Shown here piece after piece: positions 32,001-40,959 of a stretch of DNA of 64,000 nucleotides. This stretch comes from Candidatus Oxydemutator sp. Lineage in GTDB: Bacteria > Pseudomonadota > Gammaproteobacteria > Poriferisulfidales > Oxydemutatoraceae. The notes below the pieces were generated by a model that ran no database searches, was not told the origin of the DNA, and worked only from the letters and a program-made list of their open reading frames with translations. How positions within the stretch are numbered: position 1 is the stretch's first letter; the number at the start of each line of letters is the position of its first letter. The translations under genes were made by a program, and so were the position numbers. The DNA is taken from contig OZ241883.1 in the NCBI GenBank assembly GCA_965203445.1, forward strand, positions 992,001-1,056,000. Direction: 5' to 3'.

Positions 32001-32350
32001 AGGACGGACACCCCGTCGCGCTCGATTGCCTCCCGGTAGGGCGACCGCAGGGCCTTGAGTCGGTCCCATTCGGCCTGCGTATACGCCATGATGGAGGGTA
32101 CGGCATATGATACCGCGGCCAAGTCGTATCCGATCTCCCGCAATGGAATCTTGAGGTGGCCGGCGCCGTCCCTGACCACGAGAAGGACGTCCAGGTCGCT
32201 GTCTTCCCGGGCGTCGCCACGCGCTTTCGAGCCGTATATGACCATGCGCAAGACCGTGCCGGGGTGTCGTTCGTCGAGCACCTTCCGGTATTCGTCCAGC
32301 CAAGTTTGTTCTTCGGGATGGAGCGTCAGCATTGTTCTATACCTCGACAT
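31997..32350 (-). CDS. Minimal nucleotidyltransferase (MNT) domain protein
   Basis: YGSKARGD...DSDLDVL motif, IERDG ending. Confidence 0.88.
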   Translation of the reverse strand: MSRYRTMLTLHPEEQTWLDEYRKVLDERHPGTVLRMVIYGSKARGDAREDSDLDVLLVVRDGAGHLKIPLREIGYDLAAVSYAVPSIMAYTQAEWDRLKALRSPYREAIERDGVSVL

Positions 32351-32381
32351 TGTAGTCTTGCGACGTGTCGTTGCTTATGCC

Positions 32382-32419
32382 GTCGGCAATAATCAATGGA
32401 AACGCCGACGAACGGTATC
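32382..32419. repeat. 38-bp direct repeat, copy 1
   Basis: GTCGGCAATAATCAATGGAAACGCCGACGAACGGTATC, 34/38 identical to 48585-48622. Confidence 0.8.
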
Positions 32420-32446
32420 AAGCCGTGCACCATGCGGTCGTTCGCG

Positions 32447-35431
32447 TCAGGCGAAAATCGCTTGGGGGGTGGCGTGCCAATAGCGGCGGTACTCCTCGGC
32501 GGGTTGTTTGTCCGCATCGGGGTTGAAAAGCACGAGGTCCACGCTTACGTTCAGCGCCGGGCGGGTGCTGGTTTGGAACGTGCGGCATCGCCCGTTTTCC
32601 CGGAACAGTTTTGAGTAGCCGTCTATCTTGCGATAGGCGGCGGTGTGGGCCATGCCTTTGGGGTCGACGAAAACGATCCGGTATTCGTTTCCTCTGCACA
32701 TCCAGAAAACGAAGTCGGGCAGGAAACGGCGGTACGCGTTCACGGAACGGTCGTAATACGGGACGTGGACGTCGTCCAAAACCTCGTCAATTTTGCTGAA
32801 CATCCAGGCGTCCCATGGCGGTTTGTTTTCTCTCAGCCAGTCTTCCAGCTGGGTGAGAAAATTCACTTCGCTTGCCGTTTTTACGACGTGGCGGATAAAG
32901 TCGGCCTTGCCGCTTTTTGCGATGATAATCGGCAGGTAATAATGCTCGGCGATGTATTTGATCGTCAGCCCTTTGAAGGAAGTTTCGGATTTCCCGCTTG
33001 TCAATTCCTCGAACTTTTCCGTGGTGAGCTTGCCGGCGCCGTATTCTCCCGCCAGGCGCCGGTATTCCTCCACCGAAATCCCGCCCTTCGCCGTCCGCCT
33101 TATTTTCTCGTTCAGATCGTTGCGATCTTCATAAGACAAATGCGCCCGGATTTCGCGGAAATGCACGATGTCGTTCTCCTCGTCGAGTTCGCGCACCCCG
33201 TCGCTTGCTTTCTGATGGGAATGAAGATGGTTCACGAGGCGGCTTTGCAGAAACAGGAGGTCGGTGTAATCCCTGCCCGACTCCAGCGAAAGATTTTCCC
33301 GCCGCGCGACCAACCCGCGCAAACCGGTTATCTGCTCCGGCGGCAGATCGTCCCTGACTGCAAGCAGCGAATCGGACGTTCCCTCAAGCTGGGTCGTCAG
33401 CTTGCGCAAGGAGTTTTCGCCGACCGCGAAGTTTTCCCGGGTCGCGGCGTCGCTCGGCACTTCTTTGTACACGGGGACGAACAGCGGCATCTGGCAGCCG
33501 TGGATTGTCGGCCTTTCGGATCTTTTGAAGTTTTCCAGCTTCTCGAACGCGCCGCTTTTCTCCGGCGTCAGGCCCTCCAGGACATGGGAAACCGCGCTTC
33601 GGTTGGTGGCGAACAGTGCAAGGGTTTCCACTGGCGCGACCAGGTTTTGCAACGGCTGGAGTGCCCGTCGTTTCTCTTTGCTCAGGGACGACGCCCGCAG
33701 CAATTCGGCGAGGCGTTGCCGGTGGTTTTGCAGCGGTTCGATCCGGACGCCGCGCCCGACCGACTGCACGACAAACTTCTTTGCGTCGCTGCCGCCGATG
33801 TTGATGAAGTTGATCACGTTGGGGCGGTTGGAGTCCCAGCTTTCAAAGAACGAGCGCGAACCCATCAGTATCGTGATCGGACTTTTCTCCAGTGCGTCGA
33901 AGAACGATTTTTCGCGCAACGCCGTGACTTCCTCGAAGTCCGCCAGGAGCATATTGCGCCATTTGGACGTGTTGCCGATGCGGATCAGCGCAAAAGGGGC
34001 GTCGGCGTTTTTCATCTGAAAAGCCAGCTCCTTGTCGTCCTTGCTGCGTATGAATTGCAGAGCGCCCCGCCTGCGGCTTGAAAATACCGCCTCGCGCAAG
34101 TCGGTTATTTTCATGTTCTTGAGCAATGCCGTATCGGTTTCGGCAACGCCGTCGCCACCCCCAAAAAACAGCCGCCCCCGCATCCAATCGCGTGCCAGCT
34201 CATCCCTGCTCGCCCGGAACAGTTTCTCGTCCACTTCGCCGGAGGCGATTTTGCGCAACGTCGAGAAAAACGCCCACAAGTCGTTGCCTTCGTTCTGAAC
34301 GTCGGTGTTGACCGAGTTGACCAGAGTCAGCATCAGCGGCAGGTGGTAGAGGTCGTCGCTTGCGGCCTTCGCGCGCAATTCGAGGGCGCGCATTTTTGCG
34401 CAGGCCAGCGTGAGCAGCGATTTCAGCACGATTTTTGTTTTTTCGCGCCCGCTGATTTCCTCGCCGCGTTCCTTGAAGGCGCTGTATTCGACTTCGTTCA
34501 GGTGGATGTTTTTGCCGTGCCCGTTTTTGATGAACTCTTCCAGGTTGTATTTCTTGACGGTGGTGGCGATGTCTTGCGGGTCGGTGAAGGTCGCCGAGAA
34601 GTTGAACAGAAACCCGGCGCGCGCCATCAGCGCATAATACGCCTGCCGCCTGGAACCCTCCTTGCCGCCCTTGTGCGCCTCGTCGAGCAGCACGTACCAT
34701 CTGCCGTCGTTTTCGTATCGGCGGTAGTCGGTGAGCGCCTCTTTCTGCACGTCGGAGATATTGTCGCTGCGGTGGTAATAGACCGTTTCCACGTCGCCCA
34801 AGCGCCCCTGGCGACGCTCGCCGTCGCGCAGCGGCACGAAGTCCACGTGCAGTCCGGTGCTCGCGTTGAACTCCTCTATCGTGCGGCGTATCTGCCCGAT
34901 CAGGTGGTTGCTCGGCGCGAGCACGAGGATATTGTGGGGCGGGATCTGCCGGTGCCGTTTCAGCCGGTGCAGGTATTCGATGATCTTGACCATCACTAAA
35001 GTCTTGCCGCTGCCGGTCGCCATCCAGAAACACATGCGGTTGATGAGATGGTGATACGGGATGACGTCGCCCTGCGGCGTTATGTATTCGGCGAGGATTT
35101 TGAAGATGGGGTTTTGTCTCCGGTTTCTCCGGTCGGCGTTGCCGTCGTAGCGGTGTATCGCAAACTCGGCCGTCTGATTCGCGTAGTAGCGGTCGGCGAA
35201 GTTTTGTTTGCGCCGGCTATCTGCTTGGGTGGGTTCGGCGGGTTGCCAAGCGTGCTCCTCGCCGTAGTAGAGATACAGCGCCCGCGCCGCGTTTTTCAGC
35301 GCGTCGGTCTGGTAATCGTAGAGCGATTTTTGTGCCGAGAAACGCCCGCTCTCCGGCACCTGCCAGGTTTCGGGCAGGTCGTCGTAGGGCAGGGACCGGG
35401 CGGTGGATTCGAGGATGGGCGGTGTGCTCAT
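32447..35431 (-). CDS. res: Type III restriction enzyme Res subunit (SF2 helicase plus PD-(D/E)xK nuclease)
   Basis: FWMATGSGKT, LLDEAHK, FSATF, QSVGRGVR, C-terminal FLPDF...FVDPKG. Confidence 0.88.
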   Translation of the reverse strand: MSTPPILESTARSLPYDDLPETWQVPESGRFSAQKSLYDYQTDALKNAARALYLYYGEEHAWQPAEPTQADSRRKQNFADRYYANQTAEFAIHRYDGNADRRNRRQNPIFKILAEYITPQGDVIPYHHLINRMCFWMATGSGKTLVMVKIIEYLHRLKRHRQIPPHNILVLAPSNHLIGQIRRTIEEFNASTGLHVDFVPLRDGERRQGRLGDVETVYYHRSDNISDVQKEALTDYRRYENDGRWYVLLDEAHKGGKEGSRRQAYYALMARAGFLFNFSATFTDPQDIATTVKKYNLEEFIKNGHGKNIHLNEVEYSAFKERGEEISGREKTKIVLKSLLTLACAKMRALELRAKAASDDLYHLPLMLTLVNSVNTDVQNEGNDLWAFFSTLRKIASGEVDEKLFRASRDELARDWMRGRLFFGGGDGVAETDTALLKNMKITDLREAVFSSRRRGALQFIRSKDDKELAFQMKNADAPFALIRIGNTSKWRNMLLADFEEVTALREKSFFDALEKSPITILMGSRSFFESWDSNRPNVINFINIGGSDAKKFVVQSVGRGVRIEPLQNHRQRLAELLRASSLSKEKRRALQPLQNLVAPVETLALFATNRSAVSHVLEGLTPEKSGAFEKLENFKRSERPTIHGCQMPLFVPVYKEVPSDAATRENFAVGENSLRKLTTQLEGTSDSLLAVRDDLPPEQITGLRGLVARRENLSLESGRDYTDLLFLQSRLVNHLHSHQKASDGVRELDEENDIVHFREIRAHLSYEDRNDLNEKIRRTAKGGISVEEYRRLAGEYGAGKLTTEKFEELTSGKSETSFKGLTIKYIAEHYYLPIIIAKSGKADFIRHVVKTASEVNFLTQLEDWLRENKPPWDAWMFSKIDEVLDDVHVPYYDRSVNAYRRFLPDFVFWMCRGNEYRIVFVDPKGMAHTAAYRKIDGYSKLFRENGRCRTFQTSTRPALNVSVDLVLFNPDADKQPAEEYRRYWHATPQAIFA

Positions 35432-35507
35432 GGTGTCGGTTTGGAATGCAACCGGGATGGCGTCGGGATCGCGGCGTCGGATTCTTCCCGGCAGTTTTCG
35501 ATGGTTT

Positions 35508-36497
35508 TCATGGGTTTTCGTTCAGTCGCTCGATGATTGTATTCGCCAGGTTTCTGAAATCTTCGTGGCAACTCGCCGCGGCCCTTTGATAGGCGCCTAT
35601 GACGCCGTCGGCGGGCTTCAACCGGAACATCGGCTTGTTCGCCTCCTGCGCCATCGGCATCAGCGCGCTGTAGTCCTTCAAATGCGCCAGAAGATTGCGG
35701 TCGTCGGCGTCCTCGCCGGAAGGTGCGCCCGCCTCTCCGATGACACACCTGGCGTACTCCCCCGGCATCTTTCCAATCCAATGCTCGAACGCCATGGCGG
35801 GTCGGTCCAGTCTGATTGTACGATGCATGACAATGTAGCCGAGCGGTGCCATTCTGCCCGCCGGCAGCTCGATGTCCAACTCCGGCGGCTTCTGCCCGAT
35901 GCGCTTGCGCCAATCATCCCGCCATTTTCTCAAGGTAGGCCCGACGTTGCGCAACCCCTGCAAGGAAAATAAATCCGGGGCCAGCGGCATCACCACGTGA
36001 TCGCTGGCGATCAGGGCGGTTCGGTTGATCGCTCCCAGATTCGGGCCGACGTCCACCAACGCCAGATCCGCCTCGAATTGTTCCCCGGCGCGCGCGATCA
36101 GTCGTGCGAAAGCAGTCGTAACGCGAAAGGCGCGCGCGTCGCCGTCCAGACATGCAGGCCACTGTGTGGAGAGTTCCTCTTCCCGTTTGGAGAGGGCCAA
36201 GTCGCCCACCAATAGTCCGATGCGCTCGCTGACCTTCTCTACGTGGGGGGATTCGACAATGTCCCCGGTGCCCTCGAACAAGGGGGAGATACTTCCCTCG
36301 ATGGTTTTCCTGCCGTCGCCTCCCCATGTTTCTTCGGGTTTCTTCTCGCCTGAAAATGCCTCGCTCAGGCTGGCCTGGGGGTCCAGGTCCGCGCTTAAGA
36401 CACGGTGCCCAAGCTCATCCAGCATCCAGGCCAGATGATAGACAAGCGAAGTCGTGCCGACGCCGCCCTTGTTGTTAAAAAAAGCGATGGTCTTCAC
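35508..36497 (-). CDS. ParA-family ATPase with altered Walker A
   Basis: FFNNKGGVGTTS, DLDPQ, DVGPNLGAINR, PDLFSLQG; GTG overlaps the upstream stop. Confidence 0.85.
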   Translation of the reverse strand: MKTIAFFNNKGGVGTTSLVYHLAWMLDELGHRVLSADLDPQASLSEAFSGEKKPEETWGGDGRKTIEGSISPLFEGTGDIVESPHVEKVSERIGLLVGDLALSKREEELSTQWPACLDGDARAFRVTTAFARLIARAGEQFEADLALVDVGPNLGAINRTALIASDHVVMPLAPDLFSLQGLRNVGPTLRKWRDDWRKRIGQKPPELDIELPAGRMAPLGYIVMHRTIRLDRPAMAFEHWIGKMPGEYARCVIGEAGAPSGEDADDRNLLAHLKDYSALMPMAQEANKPMFRLKPADGVIGAYQRAAASCHEDFRNLANTIIERLNENP

Positions 36498-37684
36498 GGT
36501 CGCCTCCCGATGGTGGCGAAGACGAACGTGTCTCCGACGGCGAAGTCGGGCGGCGGATTGCCGTTTTCCGCAAGTGCCCGACGCGCCGTCGGGATGCCCC
36601 TCCCGAAGCGCTCCATAAAGCCCTGGCTTTTCATGGCCTCGGCGATGGATGGATTGCGGTAACTGGTGACGTCTGGCTTTCCGAAATTCTGTTTTGTCAC
36701 CTCTCCGTACACGCTGCCCGGGCTGCTGATTTGTACGCGGTCGTTGAACCACGTGATCCGCACGGGCGTGTTCGAGTTCTGATAATTCCGGTGGATGACC
36801 GCGTTGCGGACGAGTTCGCGCAGCGCTTCCAGCGGATAGTCCGGTTTCTCGATGTTCCTGTCCTCTCGCGTGTCCAGTACAGTAGAAACTTGCAGTTTCA
36901 GCAGTTGATCCACCTCGCGCAGCTGATCCGGAAGCGCACCTTTCAGTTCGGACTGATCCACAATGGGGGAAGGGATCTCCTCGCCGTCGTAGCGAACGAA
37001 CTGGATGTAGGCACCGGGGAACCAGATGCGCGGATTTTTGCCGAGCATGAGAATCGCCGTGACGGTCGGCGTGCCGTCTCGCGTGACAAGACGCAACGCC
37101 TTCATCTGCTCGCGTTCATCGCGCTCGTTCTGCGCCAACACCTCGGGGGAAACCGTGGCGGGGAGATACTCGTTCCTGAACCTCTGCACGTCCAAGTCGT
37201 CTTCGACGGTGGCGCCGGCAACGCCTTGCATGTCGTAGGGAACGTTCCCCCAGCGTCTCTTTTCGGTGAGACGGCGCTCCTCCTCAGGGTTGGCCTGGGC
37301 GCGGCGCGGGCCGGTGCGAATCCAGCAACGGCCATCCATTTTTACCGGCGGATTGTCCGACGGTGCCACCTGGATTACCGCAACGTCGCAACCGCCCAAG
37401 TTTCTTTTGGCAACCTCCATAACGGGGAAAGGAAGTATCTTGCCGTCGCCCCGAAGCCCGCCGAGTTTTTGCAGCAGCTCATCATCAACGACCACGTCGG
37501 CACAACGCCCGTCATCTTCCAACCCGACAAAGAGAATGCCCGGCTTCTCGTGGCGCGGCAAGTCGTTGGCGAACGCGCAAATCGCCTTCCGCAGCTTGTC
37601 CAGATCTTTCACCGCACCCGTGAACTCCACACGGTCGCTTTCGCCGCCTTCGATCAGGCGTATAAGTTCTTCATCGTTCAGCAT
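36494..37684 (-). CDS. AlbA_2 plus HATPase_c_4 domain protein
   Basis: ESDRVEF, ICAFANDL, RELVRNAVIHRNY, YRNP.IA, ERFGRGI. Confidence 0.85.
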   Translation of the reverse strand: MLNDEELIRLIEGGESDRVEFTGAVKDLDKLRKAICAFANDLPRHEKPGILFVGLEDDGRCADVVVDDELLQKLGGLRGDGKILPFPVMEVAKRNLGGCDVAVIQVAPSDNPPVKMDGRCWIRTGPRRAQANPEEERRLTEKRRWGNVPYDMQGVAGATVEDDLDVQRFRNEYLPATVSPEVLAQNERDEREQMKALRLVTRDGTPTVTAILMLGKNPRIWFPGAYIQFVRYDGEEIPSPIVDQSELKGALPDQLREVDQLLKLQVSTVLDTREDRNIEKPDYPLEALRELVRNAVIHRNYQNSNTPVRITWFNDRVQISSPGSVYGEVTKQNFGKPDVTSYRNPSIAEAMKSQGFMERFGRGIPTARRALAENGNPPPDFAVGDTFVFATIGRRP

Positions 37685-37780
37685 GGTGTTTGCGTGCCGT
37701 GTTGTCTTACCGGTTTGGTTATTTTCGCAGGATCACCCGCTAAAATCTCCAGTTTTCCGCCTGCATGAATCCTACAAGAT

Positions 37781-37936
37781 TTACACATTGGATATTATAG
37801 TTCCTGCAACTGAAACGATTCGTTGTTCATATACAAGCGCGTCGAAGTTTTTCCACAGAGTCGGGAATACATCCCTATCGTAAATTCCGTCCCGAAATAA
37901 TGTGATAAAAGCACTTGTGTCGAAAATATATCTCAT
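37781..37936 (-). pseudogene. Truncated DUF4411-like (PIN) gene
   Basis: MRYIFDTSAFI...YDRDVFPTLW..FD.L....IVS stops after 51 aa; starts 5 bp after the ImmA/IrrE stop. Confidence 0.65.
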
Positions 37937-37941
37937 CCGCG

Positions 37942-39120
37942 CTATGCAAATTGCTTGTTCACGAGATACTCCTCGAGCTTCTCGACGTTCTTTATTTTCA
38001 TATTCAATATGTCGGCCGTCTCATATTCACCAATTTTGTTCTGATACCGGGCTTGCAGCACGTTGTGCAAAAATGCTTTTCCCCAGTAGGACAGCTGGTT
38101 CGAGTAATAATCCCCGCCACCTTCTTTGGGGTAGCCACCGCCCGCTTCCGAACGACTTGCCATCAAGGATTCTTTCATATCTGTATAAACGCCGTAAGGA
38201 ATTAAATCGGCTGACATACATCTCACCAGGAACATCGAGGAACTGACTTTGTAGCACTTTGCCTGGTGGGTGTAAAAATCTTTATCGCTGATATTGCCCC
38301 TGGCTATCTGTTTTCTCAGATCATCCTCCGGCACAAGCACGGCACCGGCAATATAGTCAATGTCATGCTCATCCCCTTGTCGGGAAATTTCCAGTCCGTC
38401 CTTGGCCAGAGTCACGCTGCTCTCTCCACGCAACAGGTGAACCCATTCGTGCATCATGGTGAAAATTTGCCGGCCTTTGGCCTCTTTGCTATCGAGGCAG
38501 ATAACGGGAAACTCCTCATCGTAGAGACAAAATCCGGATATATGCTCCGACTGGAATGGCCAGCGAAAGACAAAAATTCCCTGCCCCTCTATCGCATCTC
38601 TCCAGGCCCAAAGCGCGTCCATGTAGGTGTTCCACTCTTGCTGCTCCTCTAAAGAGACGTTCAGAAATTTTTCACTTCGCAATTCCGAGACCAGGGATTC
38701 AATGTCTCCGTTCACGGGCAAGTTCAGATTTGTGTGCAGCGGATGCGATACAGGGTTAATCCCGTCATTGATTTCCTTCAATGCCATTTGCGTGGCCTGC
38801 ACCCGGTGGATGACGTTCAGGGTTTCAGGCGGGATCGAATCCAGGTCGAACCCGGGAACGCTTCTCAGTGAGGCGGCCGCGTCTTCAATTTCCGGCGGCT
38901 CCGGGAAGAAAAACACCGCAATCGGCACCTTGTAGCAATCTGCCAATTTCTCCAGCTGCGGGTAGGTCGGTGCTTTTCTGCCCGTCTCCCAATCGGTAAG
39001 AATCTCTTCAGACTTGATATGCAGCTTCCTGACAACGGCGACAGGGTCGTAGTTCATGCGCTCCCTGGCCCATTGCAAGACGGAAGGATTGATATTTTGT
39101 ACTGAGGCCCTTGCCATCAT
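37942..39120 (-). CDS. XRE-HTH plus ImmA/IrrE zinc metallopeptidase
   Basis: N-terminal HTH (WARE...WETG.KAPT..QL), RQIFTMMHEWVH HEXXH motif. Confidence 0.9.
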   Translation of the reverse strand: MMARASVQNINPSVLQWARERMNYDPVAVVRKLHIKSEEILTDWETGRKAPTYPQLEKLADCYKVPIAVFFFPEPPEIEDAAASLRSVPGFDLDSIPPETLNVIHRVQATQMALKEINDGINPVSHPLHTNLNLPVNGDIESLVSELRSEKFLNVSLEEQQEWNTYMDALWAWRDAIEGQGIFVFRWPFQSEHISGFCLYDEEFPVICLDSKEAKGRQIFTMMHEWVHLLRGESSVTLAKDGLEISRQGDEHDIDYIAGAVLVPEDDLRKQIARGNISDKDFYTHQAKCYKVSSSMFLVRCMSADLIPYGVYTDMKESLMASRSEAGGGYPKEGGGDYYSNQLSYWGKAFLHNVLQARYQNKIGEYETADILNMKIKNVEKLEEYLVNKQFA

Positions 39121-39174
39121 TTTGCGGTACTCACCGTACCGTTCGCCTTTCGCAGGACTGTTCCCACGTTAGTG

Positions 39175-39345
39175 CTATCGCTTGAGATCAGGCATGGTTA
39201 TGGGAGACACATATTCCTGCTTTTTCAGCAGTCCCCTGGCCCTGAGGTCGTCAATTTTCTTTTGCACGCGCCGAAGCTTTTCAGCACGACCCGGGGCAAT
39301 GGAGGCCTTAGCCATATCTATGGCCTTCTGGTACTTATTTTTCAT
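39175..39345 (-). CDS. Small basic hypothetical protein
   Basis: 56-aa ORF MKNKYQKAID...; co-oriented with the cassette; start uncertain. Confidence 0.4.
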   Translation of the reverse strand: MKNKYQKAIDMAKASIAPGRAEKLRRVQKKIDDLRARGLLKKQEYVSPITMPDLKR

Positions 39346-39551
39346 AGTATTCATTCTTCTCGCAGTAATTCTACAAATTTCCGAAAGACTTTTTGCTCTG
39401 CTGTCGGTCGTCTTTGATGGATAATCTGTGCGATTGTCCTGGCCAAGTATACATGACCCTATGCTTCCGATAAGCCACCACGGTTCAGGCATTCCGGCGA
39501 GCTATCCTGGTGTAAGGGCTTAGGCCATGGCTTATAGGGGGGTAGTTCCCT

Positions 39552-40055
39552 TCAGTTCTTTTCTCTTATTCGGATTGCTTCTTCTACTGCATTAGACAAA
39601 TGTTTAGAAATCCAAGCATAAATTTCTTTGCTGTTACTGCCCTGAGGGTTATAGCAATTGGCTATTGAGGATAATTTCCTCCCGCTTCCTCCATATTTTA
39701 TGTAATCAAGAGGGTTATCTCCTTGAAAGGATGTATATCCCGTTCGATCTTCCAGGCCGTGGATATGAATGCCAACAACGCCCATATTATCGTTCCACGC
39801 CTTAATTATTTCATAGTTTATCCATTTTCTGTTTGCGGTGTTGCTCCCGACAAGAACCACAGCGCATGACCTATAGTTCATCTGTTTGTTTATCCATCGC
39901 TTAATTGCTTCATTACCTCCTCCTTTAATCGTCTCCCAATCATTGTCAGAAACAGGATTATTGCCTTCAATCACACCTATATTGCGAACCTGCGATGCAC
40001 GCCAGCTATCCGGCTGATAGTGGAAGCTGTAAAACACTTGTCTTTTTGTTGCCAT
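39552..40055 (-). CDS. TIR domain protein (DUF1863 / ThsB-like)
   Basis: VFYSFHY, SCAVVLVG..TA.RKWINYEI with catalytic Glu, GVVGI.IH. Confidence 0.9.
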   Translation of the reverse strand: MATKRQVFYSFHYQPDSWRASQVRNIGVIEGNNPVSDNDWETIKGGGNEAIKRWINKQMNYRSCAVVLVGSNTANRKWINYEIIKAWNDNMGVVGIHIHGLEDRTGYTSFQGDNPLDYIKYGGSGRKLSSIANCYNPQGSNSKEIYAWISKHLSNAVEEAIRIREKN

Positions 40056-40066
40056 GTTCAGTCTCC

Positions 40067-40507
40067 TTATCTTCCTGCTTGTCGAGCAGCTTTTTCTATC
40101 CAGTCGCCCATGTTCTTGTAGCCATCATCTTTATTCCATAAGTAGAATGGATAGCCTTGGGGTATTTTGTCACATCGTTGGCTAGTATTCCTATCAAGAT
40201 CCTTGATTTTGCTTATGTCTATGCCCAAAAGTCCGTTGCCAATTTGGCGGCTTTTTTCAATTTCATATTTTACCCAACGACTATTGCAAGTATTTTGTCC
40301 GACCAAGACAACTGTTACAGAAGTGCCTATTAGTTGGTTATCAATCCAGTACTGGATTGCTCTATCGCCTTGTCTTTTAATTTCTTCAAAATCCGCTGCA
40401 TCTATAAAACCCGCGGCTTCTTTGCCTTGGGCAACCCAACTGTTTCTGACAACCATTGCCCTTGAAACATCATCTTTATACTTAAAACTGAAAAAGACTT
40501 TTCTCAT
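40067..40507 (-). CDS. TIR domain protein (DUF1863 / ThsB-like)
   Basis: KVFFSF.Y, TSVTVVLVG..T..SRWVKYEI, GLLGI. Confidence 0.9.
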   Translation of the reverse strand: MRKVFFSFKYKDDVSRAMVVRNSWVAQGKEAAGFIDAADFEEIKRQGDRAIQYWIDNQLIGTSVTVVLVGQNTCNSRWVKYEIEKSRQIGNGLLGIDISKIKDLDRNTSQRCDKIPQGYPFYLWNKDDGYKNMGDWIEKAARQAGR

Positions 40508-40526
40508 TATTCAATTCCTCCGAATT

Positions 40527-40937
40527 TTATTTGAGAATAAAAAACACTCCGAATACAAACAGAACTTCAATTCCATAGAATAGATTCAGCGTTACGGAGA
40601 ACATAGAAGCTATCCAGTTGCACTTCGGTTTGTTTTTATGTTTCATGACATTCATTGCAAAATCTGTAGTTTCTTGCTTTCTCATGTCATCATAAACTTT
40701 ACGAAACAATCGCTCTTGCCATAGAAAATAACCGTCTAAAATCCAGAAACCAGCTACAGGAACAAGAAATGTCAATATGATCCACTCTGACAGAGTCCCA
40801 CTCCGTACAATAAGAACTATTCCGGCGGCTAAAATAGTCATGCTCCAGCCTTTTATCAGAAAGGAGTCATGTCCCAAGCGATTGATAACGCCTTGTATCA
40901 TCTCCAAATGTTTTATTACTTGTTCTTTGCCGTTCAT
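40527..40937 (-). CDS. Small multi-pass membrane protein (candidate effector)
   Basis: HLEMIQGVINRL...SFLIKGW, about 3 hydrophobic helices, WILDGYFL.QERLFR. Confidence 0.75.
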   Translation of the reverse strand: MNGKEQVIKHLEMIQGVINRLGHDSFLIKGWSMTILAAGIVLIVRSGTLSEWIILTFLVPVAGFWILDGYFLWQERLFRKVYDDMRKQETTDFAMNVMKHKNKPKCNWIASMFSVTLNLFYGIEVLFVFGVFFILK

Positions 40938-40959
40938 TTGAGACCTCTACCGTACATGG

